A stretch of DNA of 60,353 nucleotides, filler included, from Squatina squatina (lineage: Eukaryota): the NCBI GenBank assembly GCA_031763465.1. It is 4 parts of 4 records of this genome, joined end to end, with 100 filler letters (N's around TTAATTAATTAA, not from the genome) between each part and the next. Parts side by side here need not be neighbours in the genome. Positions count along the whole stretch, not along the records: positions 25,748 to 38,951 come from JARFOE010000100.1; 3 more parts are not named here. One strand, 5' to 3'. Below, piece by piece: positions 25,972 through 37,845 of this stretch. The notes beneath the pieces were generated by a model. It did no database searches, had not been told where the DNA came from, and saw nothing but the letters and a program-made list of their open reading frames with translations. The first letter of the stretch is position 1. Each line of letters starts with the position of its first letter. The translations under genes and the position numbers were made by a program.

Positions 25972-26243
25972 GCAAGTGGTCAGTCTCCACGGAGTAAAAA
26001 ATTTCTAAATCGTCCAAGGAAGAATTTTGAACAGAAGAAGGGCAGGAGATTATCTGGAGCTGGTGTTAGTGATGAAGAGGAGACAGCTAGTACAAGCAGT
26101 ACCCCAAAGAAGGGAGGTAAAGAGTCCAAAAAACGAAAAGTGGATGACAGCCCATCTGTGAACTCACCTAGGCTAGAGGGTTTGTCACCTGCCAAGAAGT
26201 GGAAAACAATAAAAGATAATAGCAAGGATTTGGCTTTGTGCAG
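25972..26243 (+). CDS. BAZ2B: BAZ2B-like internal exon (PHD-to-bromodomain linker)
   Basis: 272-nt exon bounded by tttttggtAG and GTatga. It encodes ASGQSPRSKK...EEETASTSSTPKKGGKESKKRK...DNSKDLALCR, comparable to recalled BAZ2B ASGQT...SASTSSSLKRG..DLKKRK...DDSKDLALCS. Confidence 0.85.
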
Positions 26244-26389
26244 GTATGAATTTTACTTCCAAATTGATAAGGACTGTTACGTTATCAACATGACTAAAAT
26301 CAATTTAATGTTTTTTTTTAATTGCCCAAATAAATCTCACTATGAGGATCCTTAATAAAGTCACTCAGACCTTGGGTTACAGTTTCTTG

Positions 26390-26570
26390 GGCAATGGCAG
26401 CCCTTTGGTGCAACATCCAAATAACTTTTCTTCATGTGCTGTGCCTGAACAGCGAGCGTTGAGCGGGTATTTGACGGTGTACCGGGGAGCCAGCTTTCAC
26501 AACTGAATCAAATCCTGTTATCGCCCATTCCAGAGGGATCGCTCAATGTAAATAGGGATAAGGAGACAAG
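26390..26570 (-). mobile_element. Ancient SINE body fragment (AmnSINE2-like by recollection)
   Basis: Reverse complement GTCAAATACCCGCTCAACGCTCGCTGTTCAGGCACAGCACATGAAGAA, related to 52743-52870. Confidence 0.45.
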
Positions 26571-26579
26571 GTAATGAGA

Positions 26580-26905
26580 CTGCTGCAGTGTCGGTCTTTC
26601 GGACGAGACATTAAACCGAGACTGCAGCTGCATGTTCATGTGGACGTAAACAATGTCATCGCACTATCCCAAGAGCAGGAGAGATCTTCCCGTGTCGTGG
26701 CAAAACAATTATTCCTCAAAAAAGCACCACCTGGCCATTAATTTTATTTCCTCTGTTTACAACGTTGTACTGGTTTCAGGAGCGCGCCGTTATACTGGCT
26801 TCTCACACTCCTCCATTTATTTTTCCAAATGGCTGTGCACAAATTGGCTGCCACATCTGCACACTTAACAACAGTGACTGCACTTCAAAAATTATTCATT
26901 GGCTG
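26580..26905 (+). mobile_element. DeuSINE (SacSINE1-like) body
   Basis: GTCTTTCGGACGAGACATTAAACCGAG...GCACAAATTGGCTGCC...ACAACAGTGACTGCACTTCAAAA. Confidence 0.8.
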
Positions 26906-27260
26906 NNNNNNNNNNNNNNNNNNNNNNNNNNNNNNNNNNNNNNNNNNNNNNNNNNNNNNNNNNNNNNNNNNNNNNNNNNNNNNNNNNNNNNNNNNNNNNN
27001 NNNNNNNNNNNNNNNNNNNNNNNNNNNNNNNNNNNNNNNNNNNNNNNNNNNNNNNNNNNNNNNNNNNNNNNNNNNNNNNNNNNNNNNNNNNNNNNNNNNN
27101 NNNNNNNNNNNNNNNNNNNNNNNNNNNNNNNNNNNNNNNNNNNNNNNNNNNNNNNNNNNNNNNNNNNNNNNNNNNNNNNNNNNNNNNNNNNNNNNNNNNN
27201 NNNNNNNNNNNNNNNNNNNNNNNNNNNNNNNNNNNNNNNNNNNNNNNNNNNNNNNNNNNN

Positions 27261-27597
27261 TTAAAACTTTTTCTTTGTCTTTTTTTTTACTCCTCTTAAT
27301 CTAATCTTCCTTTCCCTCTCTTAATTTCTCTTTCGGTACCTGATTTGACATAAATTCACCCACTCTAGTTTACACTTCCTTCTCCGTCCTTGTGCTGTTC
27401 ATATCGCAGCCATTCAATCTGATTGGTTAAGGAGATGCACAGTTGCTTGCCTGTTCACTCAGGTTCCAGATGCACAGTTTCCCTCGCTATCCTGTTATAC
27501 CAGCTCGCACGTTCGCAACTTGCAGCAAAAAAATATCATTGTGATTAAATGGGCGTTCTAATTAATGGCGGATGCCACAGCAAATTATGGCCCAAAT
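27261..27597. mobile_element. End of a putative non-autonomous DNA transposon
   Basis: Terminates in GCAAATTATGGCCC, the reverse complement of a GGGCC..AATTTGC TIR-like motif. Confidence 0.45.
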
Positions 27598-28059
27598 AAA
27601 TTCAGCAGGAAAATTGAAAGAACACGATTTTATGATTATTGAATCTTGATGCTGTTCCATCAGGTTTAAATTAATAAAAACGTCTTTCTCCTGTAAAATA
27701 ACCAATGAAATCCTATAAAACTGATGTTACCATTGTGCCATTAGTTACAGCATAGCATTGATAAACCATTGTTACACAAATACTGACAACATCTACTGTT
27801 GTATGAGTTAAAATAATAATTGTACCACCTATTGGAGAACAATCTTTGATGGAATATCCTAACTTTGAAAGAGCTTGTTTCATATCGTCTTTCAGTTTAC
27901 AGTGAGCAGAAATGAGCATTTTAAAATCAATATAATTGTCAGGGGATGGGTAAATTGGAGTTTACATTGTGGCATATTATCGCAATGATTTAACAGAGGA
28001 AATTAATAGGAATAGTTATTTATCTCCACAGCTGTGGATAAACAAGCCATAACATGTGT

Positions 28060-28440
28060 ACTGTTAGAGGAGATTTAATAGAGGTGCTCAAAATCATGAG
28101 GGGTCTGGACAGAATAGATAGAGAGAAACTGTTTCCATTGGCAGAAGGATCGAAGACCAGAGGGCACAGATTTAAGATGTTTGGCAGAATAGCCAAAGGT
28201 GACATGAGGAAAAACTTTTTTACGCAGCAAGTGGTTAGGATCTGGAATGCACTGCCTGAAAGGGTGGCGGAGGCAGATTCAATTGTGGCTTTCAAAAGGG
28301 AATTGAATAAGTACCTGAAGGAAAAAGATTTGCAGGGCTACGGGGAAATGGCAGGGGAGTGGGACTAGCTAAAGTGCTCTTGCAGAGAGCCGACACGGGC
28401 CAAATTGCCTCGTTCTGTGCTGCAACCATTCTATGATTCT
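28060..28440 (+). mobile_element. CR1-type LINE, 5'-truncated, with open ORF2 C-terminus and 3' tail
   Basis: RGDLIEVLKIMRGLDRIDREKLFP...TRGHRFK...FFTQQVVRIWNALP, ending in ATTCTATGATTCT. Confidence 0.92.
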
Positions 28441-28604
28441 ACTGTGGAGGATAAGGGCATTATAATTCCAGGGAAGGAATTTGCAGACCTTGTTTGTAAC
28501 TAACAACATTTCTGCAATTAAAGAAACTGAAGCTTAATGATTATTGTAGAATGGGATTTGTATCACAATGAAAATCAATATAGAATTTCAAGCTCCCTGT
28601 TTTG

Positions 28605-28785
28605 ACTAAGAGTAAAATCACTGCCAGGTGTGGTACTGAGCCACACAGACTGGAAGGTCCCAAGTTACATCCTTGAACTGTGCTGAGTTATCTGATCTTG
28701 CGCAGGGGCAATTGTAGGTCGCCAGAGCCTGTAATCTCCTGGTTTGTATGCCTCAGCTACACACTGTGTTCATTAACTGAGCTGA
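28605..28785. mobile_element. Two oppositely oriented heads of an old tRNA-derived SINE
   Basis: The + strand reads TGTGGTACTGAGCCACACAGACTGGAAGGTCCC and the - strand reads TGTGTAGCTGAGGCATACAAACCAGGAGATTAC, which are mutually similar. Confidence 0.55.
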
Positions 28786-28884
28786 GAAACATTTAATGAA
28801 GATGATTCGGACATAGGCAGAGCTGGTCACAACATGAGGAGGTTTTTCGAAAAGCGATGGGCTGAGCTTTTTAAAGGAAGCTAA
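28786..28884 (+). CDS. BAZ2B: BAZ2B-like terminal coding segment (bromodomain C-terminus), 5' part missing
   Basis: Not in the ORF track. Encodes ETFNEDDSDIGRAGHNMRRFFEKRWAELFKGS*, matching the recalled BAZ2B end CETFNEDDSDIGRAGHNMRKYFEKKW. Followed by AT-rich UTR-like DNA with AATAAA at 29346. Confidence 0.88.
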   Translation, partial: ETFNEDDSDIGRAGHNMRRFFEKRWAELFKGS

Positions 28885-30228
28885 AGCAATCAAAATAAGA
28901 ATTAAAGTATAAAGACATTGGGACCAGCAGCCTGAAATACTGGTGTCTTCATATCTATGGGGAAGTGCAAGATAATTTGCACAAATCAACAGATACGTCA
29001 CATCACTTCTTAAAATGTGGAAATGCCAGCCAAGGATTATTCTAGAAAAGAAGGTTCGCTCCTTTGGAGACCATAGCTCTTGAACTATGGAAATGTTTTA
29101 CGGACAGCTTCGGTAGAACAGGGAAGCACACCCAAAGAGTTCAGTGGCATGGGGTGGTCCTAGTGCAATAGCAACCAATATTTCAAACGCACTGAAATAG
29201 TATAAAACCACCAGAGCTGTAATGAGGGACTGGAGATCCTCTCCCTCTTGTAAAAAAAAAATATACATGGAAGTAAATGGAAAAAATCTTGAATTTTTTT
29301 GTAGCTTATATTTTAGTGAATGTATTTAATTTTTGTTAATTTATGAATAAAATGTCAAGTCTTCATTTTCTATGAAAAGGAAGAGGCAGCAAAATTGCTT
29401 TAAAGCTTCAAGGAAATAAAACAACGAATGTTTTTGAATAATAAAACAAAGCCAATTGATAACTGTTTACACTGTTCTGTCCAGGAAGGGCACTGGAGAA
29501 CCTGTTGTTACTGTAGACATAAATTTACAGATCTGCTTATCAATGCACCACCTACTTAGTCTCAAAGTAAATTCGAGAACAGTGGATCAACAAAGAAACA
29601 TCTGTATATAATTGTTCATTAATGTTAATATTAATTAAGTCTTGTTCAAATATGTATGATGTGTACATATTGTTTGCAGGCATTGAATATTGTTATGCCT
29701 TAGAATAACCGTAGCATTTTATTTTAGTCTTAAAATGATTATACGTATATGGCTTGTACATATCCTCTACAAACACTGTGGAGTCTCCTAATGTTGGGTA
29801 GTGCCTGCCTTTAAAACAGGGTGTAGGGGATATTAGATTTTCCATTTTCTATTTTTGTTATATAATTGTGAGTCAAAGGAATGAAAGAAAACTGCTTACT
29901 GCAGCCTCACTGCTGTGGCATGGATTTCCCTCTCTTGATCTCCACTGGGACCACCACTGGCCACTGCTTCCTTGTCCGCCACATGCAAACAATGATAGGT
30001 GGAGGGTTGGGCCCAGATCTCTGGTGGATTTTCCTGACATTGGTTCCACTTGCTGCCACATTCCAGGGCCGCCATGTGGAAGGCAGGCAGTAGTAGGCCC
30101 CAGGCAGTAGTGATAATGATCTTGAAGTCTCCCAATGGACAGGTTCTTGTCAGGGCCCCCTCTGCCTTCAATCTGGCCCCCACTTAACAATTATTCAAGT
30201 TTTGAGGAAGGTTCTGAATAAGAGTTCT

Positions 30229-31125
30229 GGGGGGTGAAATTTGGTAGCGCCATGCTAAAAACGGTGCACCACTGTTTAGCGCTGAAGCCATGCCAGTCCA
30301 TAATGGCATTACTTAGATGCGTAATTTGGCAGCATTTTGCTTTTTTCGCAGCGTGGCATGGTTCGGAGGTGCAAACAGCTGAATGGAGGCACTGACAGCA
30401 GAGGCGAGGCACTGAAGGCAGAGACAAGGCGCTGAAGACAGAGTCGAGGTGCTCAAGGCAGAGTGAAGGAGAAGACAGCACACTGAAGGAAATGAGGCCA
30501 GATTGAAGGAGATGACGGCAGAGTGAAGGAGGAGACAGCAGATTGAAGGAACTGACAGCAGAATGAAGGAGATGTTGGGCAGACTGAAGGAGCTGATGGC
30601 AGAGTGAGTGGAGGTGCTGATGGAGAACAGTCTTGAGTGCTCTAAGCTCTTTCAGGTGCCACAGCTCGTTGTTCAATTGCATATCCACTTTCTTCATTGA
30701 TATAAAAGCGTGGATACCTTATACTTCTGCTGCTGCTTTGGCCACACTTGATCATCAGGATAGCTGCTGTAAACACAAGTCGGGGGTATACCGACGAGGC
30801 TCTGGAGGTGTTCTCCTCTCTCAGGATGAGAGCATTCTGTTGCCTCCCATTGCCTCTCCACCATTGCAGCTGCCCATGGCTGGCACCCAGGCAGCCCAGA
30901 CTGCCACTGCAACTCCTGCGGTGGAGCAGTCTGAAGCTGGCCCATCCAGGGCCAAGGCTACTCGAGGGCATCCAAAAAAGACACCAGCAGAGACCCCTTC
31001 AACCTCACAGCAGCTTTCCAGTAGCCCTGCTGCAGCCATAGGGGAGTCACTTAGGAGGAGTCGGAGGGTGAAAAAGTTGAAGAAGGGTGATGTGGAAAAG
31101 CACAAGGGTGATTAAGTTTCTGTAC
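30229..31125 (+). mobile_element. Probable Harbinger-family derivative (TIR-like start, minisatellite, accessory ORF tail)
   Basis: Begins GGGGGTGAAATTTGG. The ORF tail ends CACAAGGGTGATT, identical to 13660-13672 beside the Harbinger transposase. Confidence 0.5.
30385..30625. repeat. Degenerate purine-rich minisatellite, period about 20-21 bp
   Basis: Recurrent CAGA(G/T/A/C)TGAAGGAG unit, for example CAGAGTGAAGGAGGAGACAG followed by CAGATTGAAGGAACTGACAG. Confidence 0.8.
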
Positions 31126-31225
31126 ANNNNNNNNNNNNNNNNNNNNNNNNNNNNNNNNNNNNNNNNNNNNNNNNNNNNNNNNNNNNNNNNNNNNNNNNNN
31201 NNNNNNNNNNNNNNNNNNNNNNNNN

Positions 31226-31480
31226 NCAAGGCAATCAGAGGTGGTAATGGCAACATTACAAAGCACATTAACTAGATGGGTGTAAACAAAGAGAGAAAAA
31301 AAAGAGAGAACAAAAGAGAGAGAAAAAAAAAGGAAGCAGCCATGAGGGAAGGGAAAATACATTCAATTTAAAAGGTGAAAAAAGAAAAATTGAAGGAAAT
31401 GATAGGGCAGAGGTTATGCTCTGAAATTGTTGAACTCAATGTTAAGTCCAGAAGGCTGTAAAGTGCCTAATCGAAAGATA
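31226..31480 (-). mobile_element. Penelope-like element 3' end (GIY-YIG C-terminus and UTR)
   Basis: Minus strand encodes IFRLGTLQPSGLNIEFNNFRA*. The UTR portion recurs in the opposite orientation at 38800-38951. Confidence 0.8.
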
Positions 31481-32412
31481 CAATACAAGAGGAGCAAGCC
31501 ATACAATGATAGCTGCAACACCTCTTGTAACAAATGTGACTTGCCAAGATATGCAGTGCTATGATGTGGGGAAGGAAGAAGCAGCATTGATAGGTACTAA
31601 CCTAGGGATGTGGGATGCTCTCCTGCATGACTCCCTCCAATGCCCCTACCAGTTCCAAGCCAACAATACGATGGGTAATTTCCTCAGCGTAAGAGCTTCT
31701 CATTCTTCCTTCCGTTATAGGCAATTTTTCATGCAAGCATAAACAGATTGGCAAAGTGCTGCAAGCTTGACAAGCCCAGACATTGCTATGGAAATGGCCA
31801 CCCAACCTCCCAAAACATAACCAAATGAGCACGTAGTTGGTTGCTAGTGGCAATATTATTAGGCCCTTGCTTTCTGATAGTAAGCATAATCGTTAGAATG
31901 TTCCTGCGGAAGCTGGAAATTAAAGGCTTTGAGGAAATGTCACTTCCTTTTAAAGCGCAGCGGCAGACTTTAAACTGCAGCTCTGCTGGAGATCAGTGTA
32001 AGATTCAATATGCATTGGAACCAAAGAATAATTTAAATAAACAAGCCACACAAAATCTCAATATCCGCACCATGCATGTGGAACTCTAAATGTGCCACCA
32101 CTGCGCTGCTATTTGAAAATCAGCCCTCAAGACCCCGTAAATGGTTTATAAAATTCCTTTAGGTAATTCTGCATCTTTCCCACTACTTCTGAGCTTGAGG
32201 ATGCTAGAAAGTATAAGCAGAATAAATCAGACTCTTAGAATTTCCGTCTGAGCAATAAGGTCCTTTATGAAATATATTTACAAATTCTCCTTACTTTGTT
32301 TTAATGTAGAGTAGACTAAGATTTCCCAATTTTCAGCAGATTTTATAGGACATTAATTTTGTTACAGATGGGTAGCTATAATTTGCAGAATGCTGGGTTC
32401 TAAGTCCTTGTC

Positions 32413-32615
32413 ATAAGTCCATAAGAAGTAGGAGCAGGAGTAGGCCATTCGGCCCGTCGAGCCCGCTCCGCCATTCAATTGGATCATGGCTGATCCGACA
32501 TTTCTCAATTCCACCTCCCCGCCTTCTTCCCATAACCCTTGATTCTCTTACTGATTAGAAATCTATCTATCTCGGACTTAAATGTGCACAAGCTCTCAGT
32601 TTCCACAGCCCTCTG
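32413..32615 (-). mobile_element. CR1-type LINE 3' end
   Basis: CATAAGAAGTAGGAGCAGGAGTAGGCCATTCGGCCC, same family as 6945-7135. Confidence 0.85.
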
Positions 32616-33901
32616 GACACTTGAGTAAAAGCTGTGCTAGAAGACAATTGGCTGGTGATTCAAATTTATATACCCCTTGCATTATGCAGTGGCTACCCAC
32701 TGAGTGACATTGAAGGACTTAGGACCAGGGCACCTAATTGCTCTTTTGGTAGGGGAATGGTGTGTTGCATGTAGGAAGGGTGGGGTAGGGAAAGTACATC
32801 TTGTGTATTTTACCTTTTTTGAGATCTTTGGAATATTTATTTTTGTAATTCTAGATGACGAGTTTCCTTGATGATCTGTGGCTCTGTCTACATATGGGTT
32901 AAACTGGTTGCAAAATGGAAGAAATACAGACATCATTTCACATCAATGTTTAACTAAAAGAGCAAGGTTATTTAGCATTTAATCAATATATTTCAAAATG
33001 TTCCATCATCTGTTTGCAGTGCACCCAAAAGAGTTACAAAAAAACAGTAATGGAATTGAGTTCTTTTAAGCTGATATCAGGATTGATGATTAAAAAGCTG
33101 TGGCAATACATTAGTCCACACAAGTGCTTGGAAAGGGAGTTTGTGAAACAATGCACAAGGACATGACTAACCTATTCTTGTAAATTTAAACATGTTTAAC
33201 AGCTGAGTATTGATATTTCAGGGTTCTGAATCTATAATCTACCTTGCATCTTTGTGTACATTCAGGCTGTGACACTTGATCTCCTGTTGTCATGATTTTG
33301 TTTGTAACACTTTGGTGTCCACATTTAACAGTTTTGTCAATGTCAATGTCACAATTGCTTACGATTTCACCATTTGGCCACGAGGTGGTTTTGTGTCAAA
33401 TTTCTGAACTCTTGCAGCTTGGTTGCCATTTTGTTTTCTATTTCTTGATGTAATTTTTCACATTTTGTATTCTTTTTCTGTCCCCTCTGCCTCTTCCTAT
33501 CGCACATCACTCCCCTACTCTGCTCTATCTGGTCTTAACATACTGGTGACACTGGCTGCAGCAATGTGACTGCGACCTTTAGCAGCTTTTGATTCTCTCC
33601 ACTATCCCTCCCAGCAGCCTCTAACATTCCTCTGTCCTTTTACTTGTCAATGTTGCACTCTAATCCTACCACCGCCGCCCCCCTTCCCAGGATGCAAACC
33701 TGGCGTACCTTTCCCCTCCCCATCTCCAAATATGTCGTGTCTTCACCCTGATCGATTAGTATTGCTCTATTTGAGTATAACGTTTGTGCAAAATGTTTCC
33801 TGTTCACTTTTTTTAGATAGTTTGTTTAGAAAAGAATAGGTTTTGAAGAAAACCCTGCAGTGTAACATTTTTAGCTCATCTGAATTGTTACTTAACTTCA
33901 G

Positions 33902-34089
33902 GACAAGCACTGTTGAGGATGGATCGGTAATTGCCTGTGACTTTTCTCCTGGTGGTAACTACTTTGTTACTGGCTCAACCTCTGGAGAGCTGACTGTTTG
34001 GGATTGTCAAATGAAGTGCCTTCTTAATGTGAAAACAGCTCATGACCTGGGAGTCACCTGCTGTGAGTTTTCACCTCAGCCAATCAATG
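33902..34089 (+). CDS. WDSUB1: WDSUB1 internal exon (WD40 repeats)
   Basis: 188-nt exon bounded by ttcAG and GTatgt. It encodes TSTVEDGSVIACDFSPGGNYFVTGSTSGELTVWD...AHDLGVTCCEFS, comparable to recalled WDSUB1 [29 protein letters not shown]...AHDLGITCCDFS. Confidence 0.9.
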
Positions 34090-35367
34090 GTATGTTTTAT
34101 GTTCAATAGTTCAGAAAACATTATTTCAAATATTTGAGTATTTATGTATGACATTTCGAGGAAATTATTGACTACATTAAATTTTTTAATCTATATATTT
34201 TGAAGAGAAGCATCAGAAGGGCATTCCTTTCTGAAAATGTATGTTAGCAAACTTTTTTTTAAGTGAAAGGAGTATCAATGACATCAATTTCAATTGACAT
34301 GTCCCTCAATAAATAAAGATTTTGCATTAAGCCAGTAACTTTTTAAAAAATAACATCAGTTGGCAAATAATTAGCAGGCAACAAAAGTAAAATGTTTAAA
34401 CTAATTAATCAACACTANNNNNNNNNNNNNNNNNNNNNNNNNNNNNNNNNNNNNNNNNNNNNNNNNNNNNNNNNNNNNNNNNNNNNNNNNNNNNNNNNNN
34501 NNNNNNNNNNNNNNNNNTCCTTTATTCCTGTTGCGGATCCATTCAGAGATGCAACAGACTGTGTAAACTGACTTCAAAACTAGAAACTCCTGTCAACAAA
34601 CCACTATATTGTAACATCTGTAGTTTGACACTGCAGCTGTCTAAACACTGGATGTGTACCTGGTCTCCAGATAACCAACTGTTTATTCTTGGTTAGCCAA
34701 AGAACACAGAGCTATTCTCATACATTTCATCACCCACTTTTTTAACTATCCCATTGCCTTTCTCATCAGGAAGTGCAAAAAGGGAATCACTTTTAAAAAT
34801 ACTAAACATCTTTCATCTCAAACATTTGGAGCTGAGCCTTCCTTCTGCACATGTTCACCAGAAATGATGATGAAACTACAAGACTGAGATGTCATAAGCA
34901 CACCTTCTGCGCTGTGTAAAAAAAACCTATGTTGTTTCTTTTCCCAACGGGTGAGATTGAACAAATGAATAATGGTACGGCAGATTAGGTCATTAGGAGT
35001 AAGACAGCAGCTGACTTGCACTCTAATTGCTTGCACGTTCTGTATGCTGGTCTTCTTACTCACTTCAAACACTTCGACTGGACACCGTTTTGGCAAAACA
35101 TAAAAACTGCCTAATGCCCTGCGGATGTGTACAAGCTTGGCCTAGATGCGATAGACAGCAGCCAAATCCATCTATTATCTTCATGGATGGTGAAGTGCTG
35201 TCACATAAATGCTTGACACCTCAAAGATTAAGCACAGGAGTAAAAAATGTTTTTTTTTTGCAACACTTCTGAATGAAATAGAGATTTCCTTATGTACCTA
35301 TGTTTAATGTTTTTAGTGTCATTCTTGTAGTCAAATGCAGAAAGTCAGAATCTCGTTATAGTTTTAA

Positions 35368-35373
35368 TTTATT
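35368..35373 (-). promoter_or_regulatory. Candidate polyadenylation signal of TANC1
   Basis: AATAAA on the minus strand about 330 nt after the stop codon, in AT-rich UTR-like sequence. Confidence 0.35.
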
Positions 35374-35698
35374 CTAAGGATACAAAGAATTTTGACATGT
35401 GCTTTACTTATTTACATTTTATAATTTGTACTTTAATAAAGTGCGGTTATTCATAGTGTTAAATGCCATATTAAAATACTCAGTGCAATAGCCAGCTGGG
35501 TTAAAGCTTACCTTTTTATAGTTAACATGCAATGCTGTACTGTAGCAGAGTCAAATTTTACACATAAGCACCACACTGACAATTACAGTACCAGTGGCTA
35601 CAAATCCCACTATTAGATTGTAACATACACAAAAAAGGAATGATTTTCAAATGTTTACCAACTGCTTACTGGTTGAGTTCATTGATCAAATGGGTACT

Positions 35699-37121
35699 TT
35701 ACACATTAGATTCTATAAAAGATCGCTTTGGCTTGACAGAAATGATGTTACTCGAATGTGCATCTCTAGGTACATGAGATTGTGGTCTCGAAATACTCTC
35801 TTGAAAAGAATGTGGAACAGTCATGGATGAATTGGGTTCTTGAAAGTTCATGGCTGTCTGGCAGGTCTTAGAATGCATTCCATTGAGAAGATTTCCAGCA
35901 GAGCCCGGAGTTGGAAGTTTTATATGATCATGATAGGCACCAACAGGTTTGGCAAACTGTGCTTCACAGTGAATATTTTGACCACCACCACCTGAAGTAG
36001 GATTTGTAACTAATCCATCTGTTGACTGATCATGCCAGGTTCGAATCTGTTGACTGCTGGGCTGATACTGCTGGGATCTTACTGTTTTATCTATTATTCC
36101 CATAAATGGGGTAGTCCTTGGTCTGCATTCAGCCCCACTCAAGTTTTGGTTGGACTTTTCCATCTTATATTCCAGACTGTTTTTGATGTGAGCATCTGAT
36201 GTTTGCATAACATCTGAAGTTTGTCCACAGTCAGAGACACCACTGTTTGAGGCTAGACTGCAAGTAGAGCCAGAAACGCTCATGATGGGTTGATGCATAG
36301 GTACAGAAACACCACCAGTTGATCCATGCTGAATTACATCTGAAGACTTCACTTGAACTCCTTGAGCTACATTTTCTGATAAATCCATAGTCAGCTGGGA
36401 TTGTACAAGTGGCCTTTCTGTTGGTATTGTCATATTTTTAACTGCTTCAGTTGCAGTGAGTTCATTGTGCTGCAGCTGCACAGACTGAGCAGAAGCTACT
36501 CTTTCTGAATGTGTTCCACTATTGATTGCAGGTTCTATTTGTGGCATATTTCTATTGCTTGGCAAAGGAATTGGAGGAAACTGGGTTTGTGGTGGAGTTT
36601 TACTGCTGTACTGATAACTTGGAGCTCTTCCTCCAGCTTGTAATAAATTCATATGCTGGTTTGTTTTCACAATTTGAGCTTGTTTGGGAGGTTGCATAAC
36701 TAGTCCTTGTTGTGTGAGTGGTTCTCGAAGGTATTTGGGTGTAGATTTATTCTGAGGAGACACAGGCCTTTGCTTCTGCTGAGATCCTGCATCATCTTGA
36801 ATTCCCTTTTTAAATAGAACTGAGCTTGGAGAATGCTGAGGCCTTGATGAAATGGATTGAATTTCAATAGGTGGTCCAGCTCCAGGCTCATCGACTCCTT
36901 CAATGTCAAACGATGAACTCTCAAGGTGCTGGCCCAGCAATTCCTCTTCATTATCAGAGTCATTGTTTTGCTGCAGTTGCTGATATTGCTGCTTCTGTTG
37001 TTGTGCTCGATGCAGCTGTTTATATTCATCTTCTATCCGAGCCAGTAGCCTCTTTATTTCTCTGTTGTTAGGGCAAAGCTTAGCAGCCTCTTGTAGATCT
37101 GCAAGAGCTGCAGAAAATTGC
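35699..37121 (-). CDS. TANC1: TANC1 terminal coding exon (last TPR to PDZ-binding C-terminus)
   Basis: Acceptor ttttcttttcacAG, then an open frame (R)QFSAALADLQEAAKLCPNNREIKRLLAR...RPVSPQ...KQAQIVKT...RPRTTPFMGIIDKT...KPKRSFIESNV*. SFIESNV is the TANC1 C-terminus as recalled (TANC2 ends PFVESNV). Confidence 0.93.
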
Positions 37122-37345
37122 CTGTGAAAAGAAAATATTCGACCAATAGGTACTGTATTGAATTATTGTTCCCAACCTAACTTTCCAAGTAGACATGGAC
37201 CATTTTCCCACTTCACGTTATAAAGGCGTCCGGCAGAAAGAACACAGTTTGCTAAAAAAATGTAACTAGAAATAAACTTAATATAAATGTAGCCCACTTA
37301 AAAGTACTTAGACTTTTTTTTGGGAGGCATGGATGAAACTTCTCA

Positions 37346-37450
<105 letters not shown>

Positions 37451-37599
37451 TTAGCATGCAAAAGAAAAACATTGGTATACCCAGATTGTCTTTTTAATAT
37501 GCAATCTTAATCAAATATCTTTTCACAGAAAATCCTCTTGTCTGATCCCTCCCTTAGTGTAATAGTTATACAGACAGGGGGAAAATGCGAGGCAGTCTA

Positions 37600-37845
37600 A
37601 GATGGGTTTGGAGTGCATGTGTATAAATACACGTAGCGTGTTAAATAAGGTTGGTAATACGCAGGCACAATTAGCCGCACAGAACTATGATTATTGTGGC
37701 AAAACAGAGACCTGGCTCAAAGAACGGGAGGATCGGGAACTTAATATTGCTGGCTACAACGTATTCAGGAAAGATAGGGAAGTAAAAAAGGAGGGTGGGG
37801 CTGGCAGTAATCAAAGAAACTATTCTGGCACTGGAAAGGGATAAA
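37600..37845 (+). mobile_element. CR1-type LINE ORF2 start (AP endonuclease), frameshifted
   Basis: CMCINTRSVLNK...TETWL...IAGYNVFRKDR. Confidence 0.85.

Noticed and set aside
26765-27304. Long ORFs containing X runs (also 53221-53702 and many others)
   Set aside because: Artefacts of translating through N gaps that join unrelated contigs.
30191-30697. 168-aa Leu/Ser/His-rich ORF and a superficially array-like repeat
   Set aside because: Antisense read-through of a minisatellite. There are no unique spacers and the context is eukaryotic, so it is not CRISPR-like.
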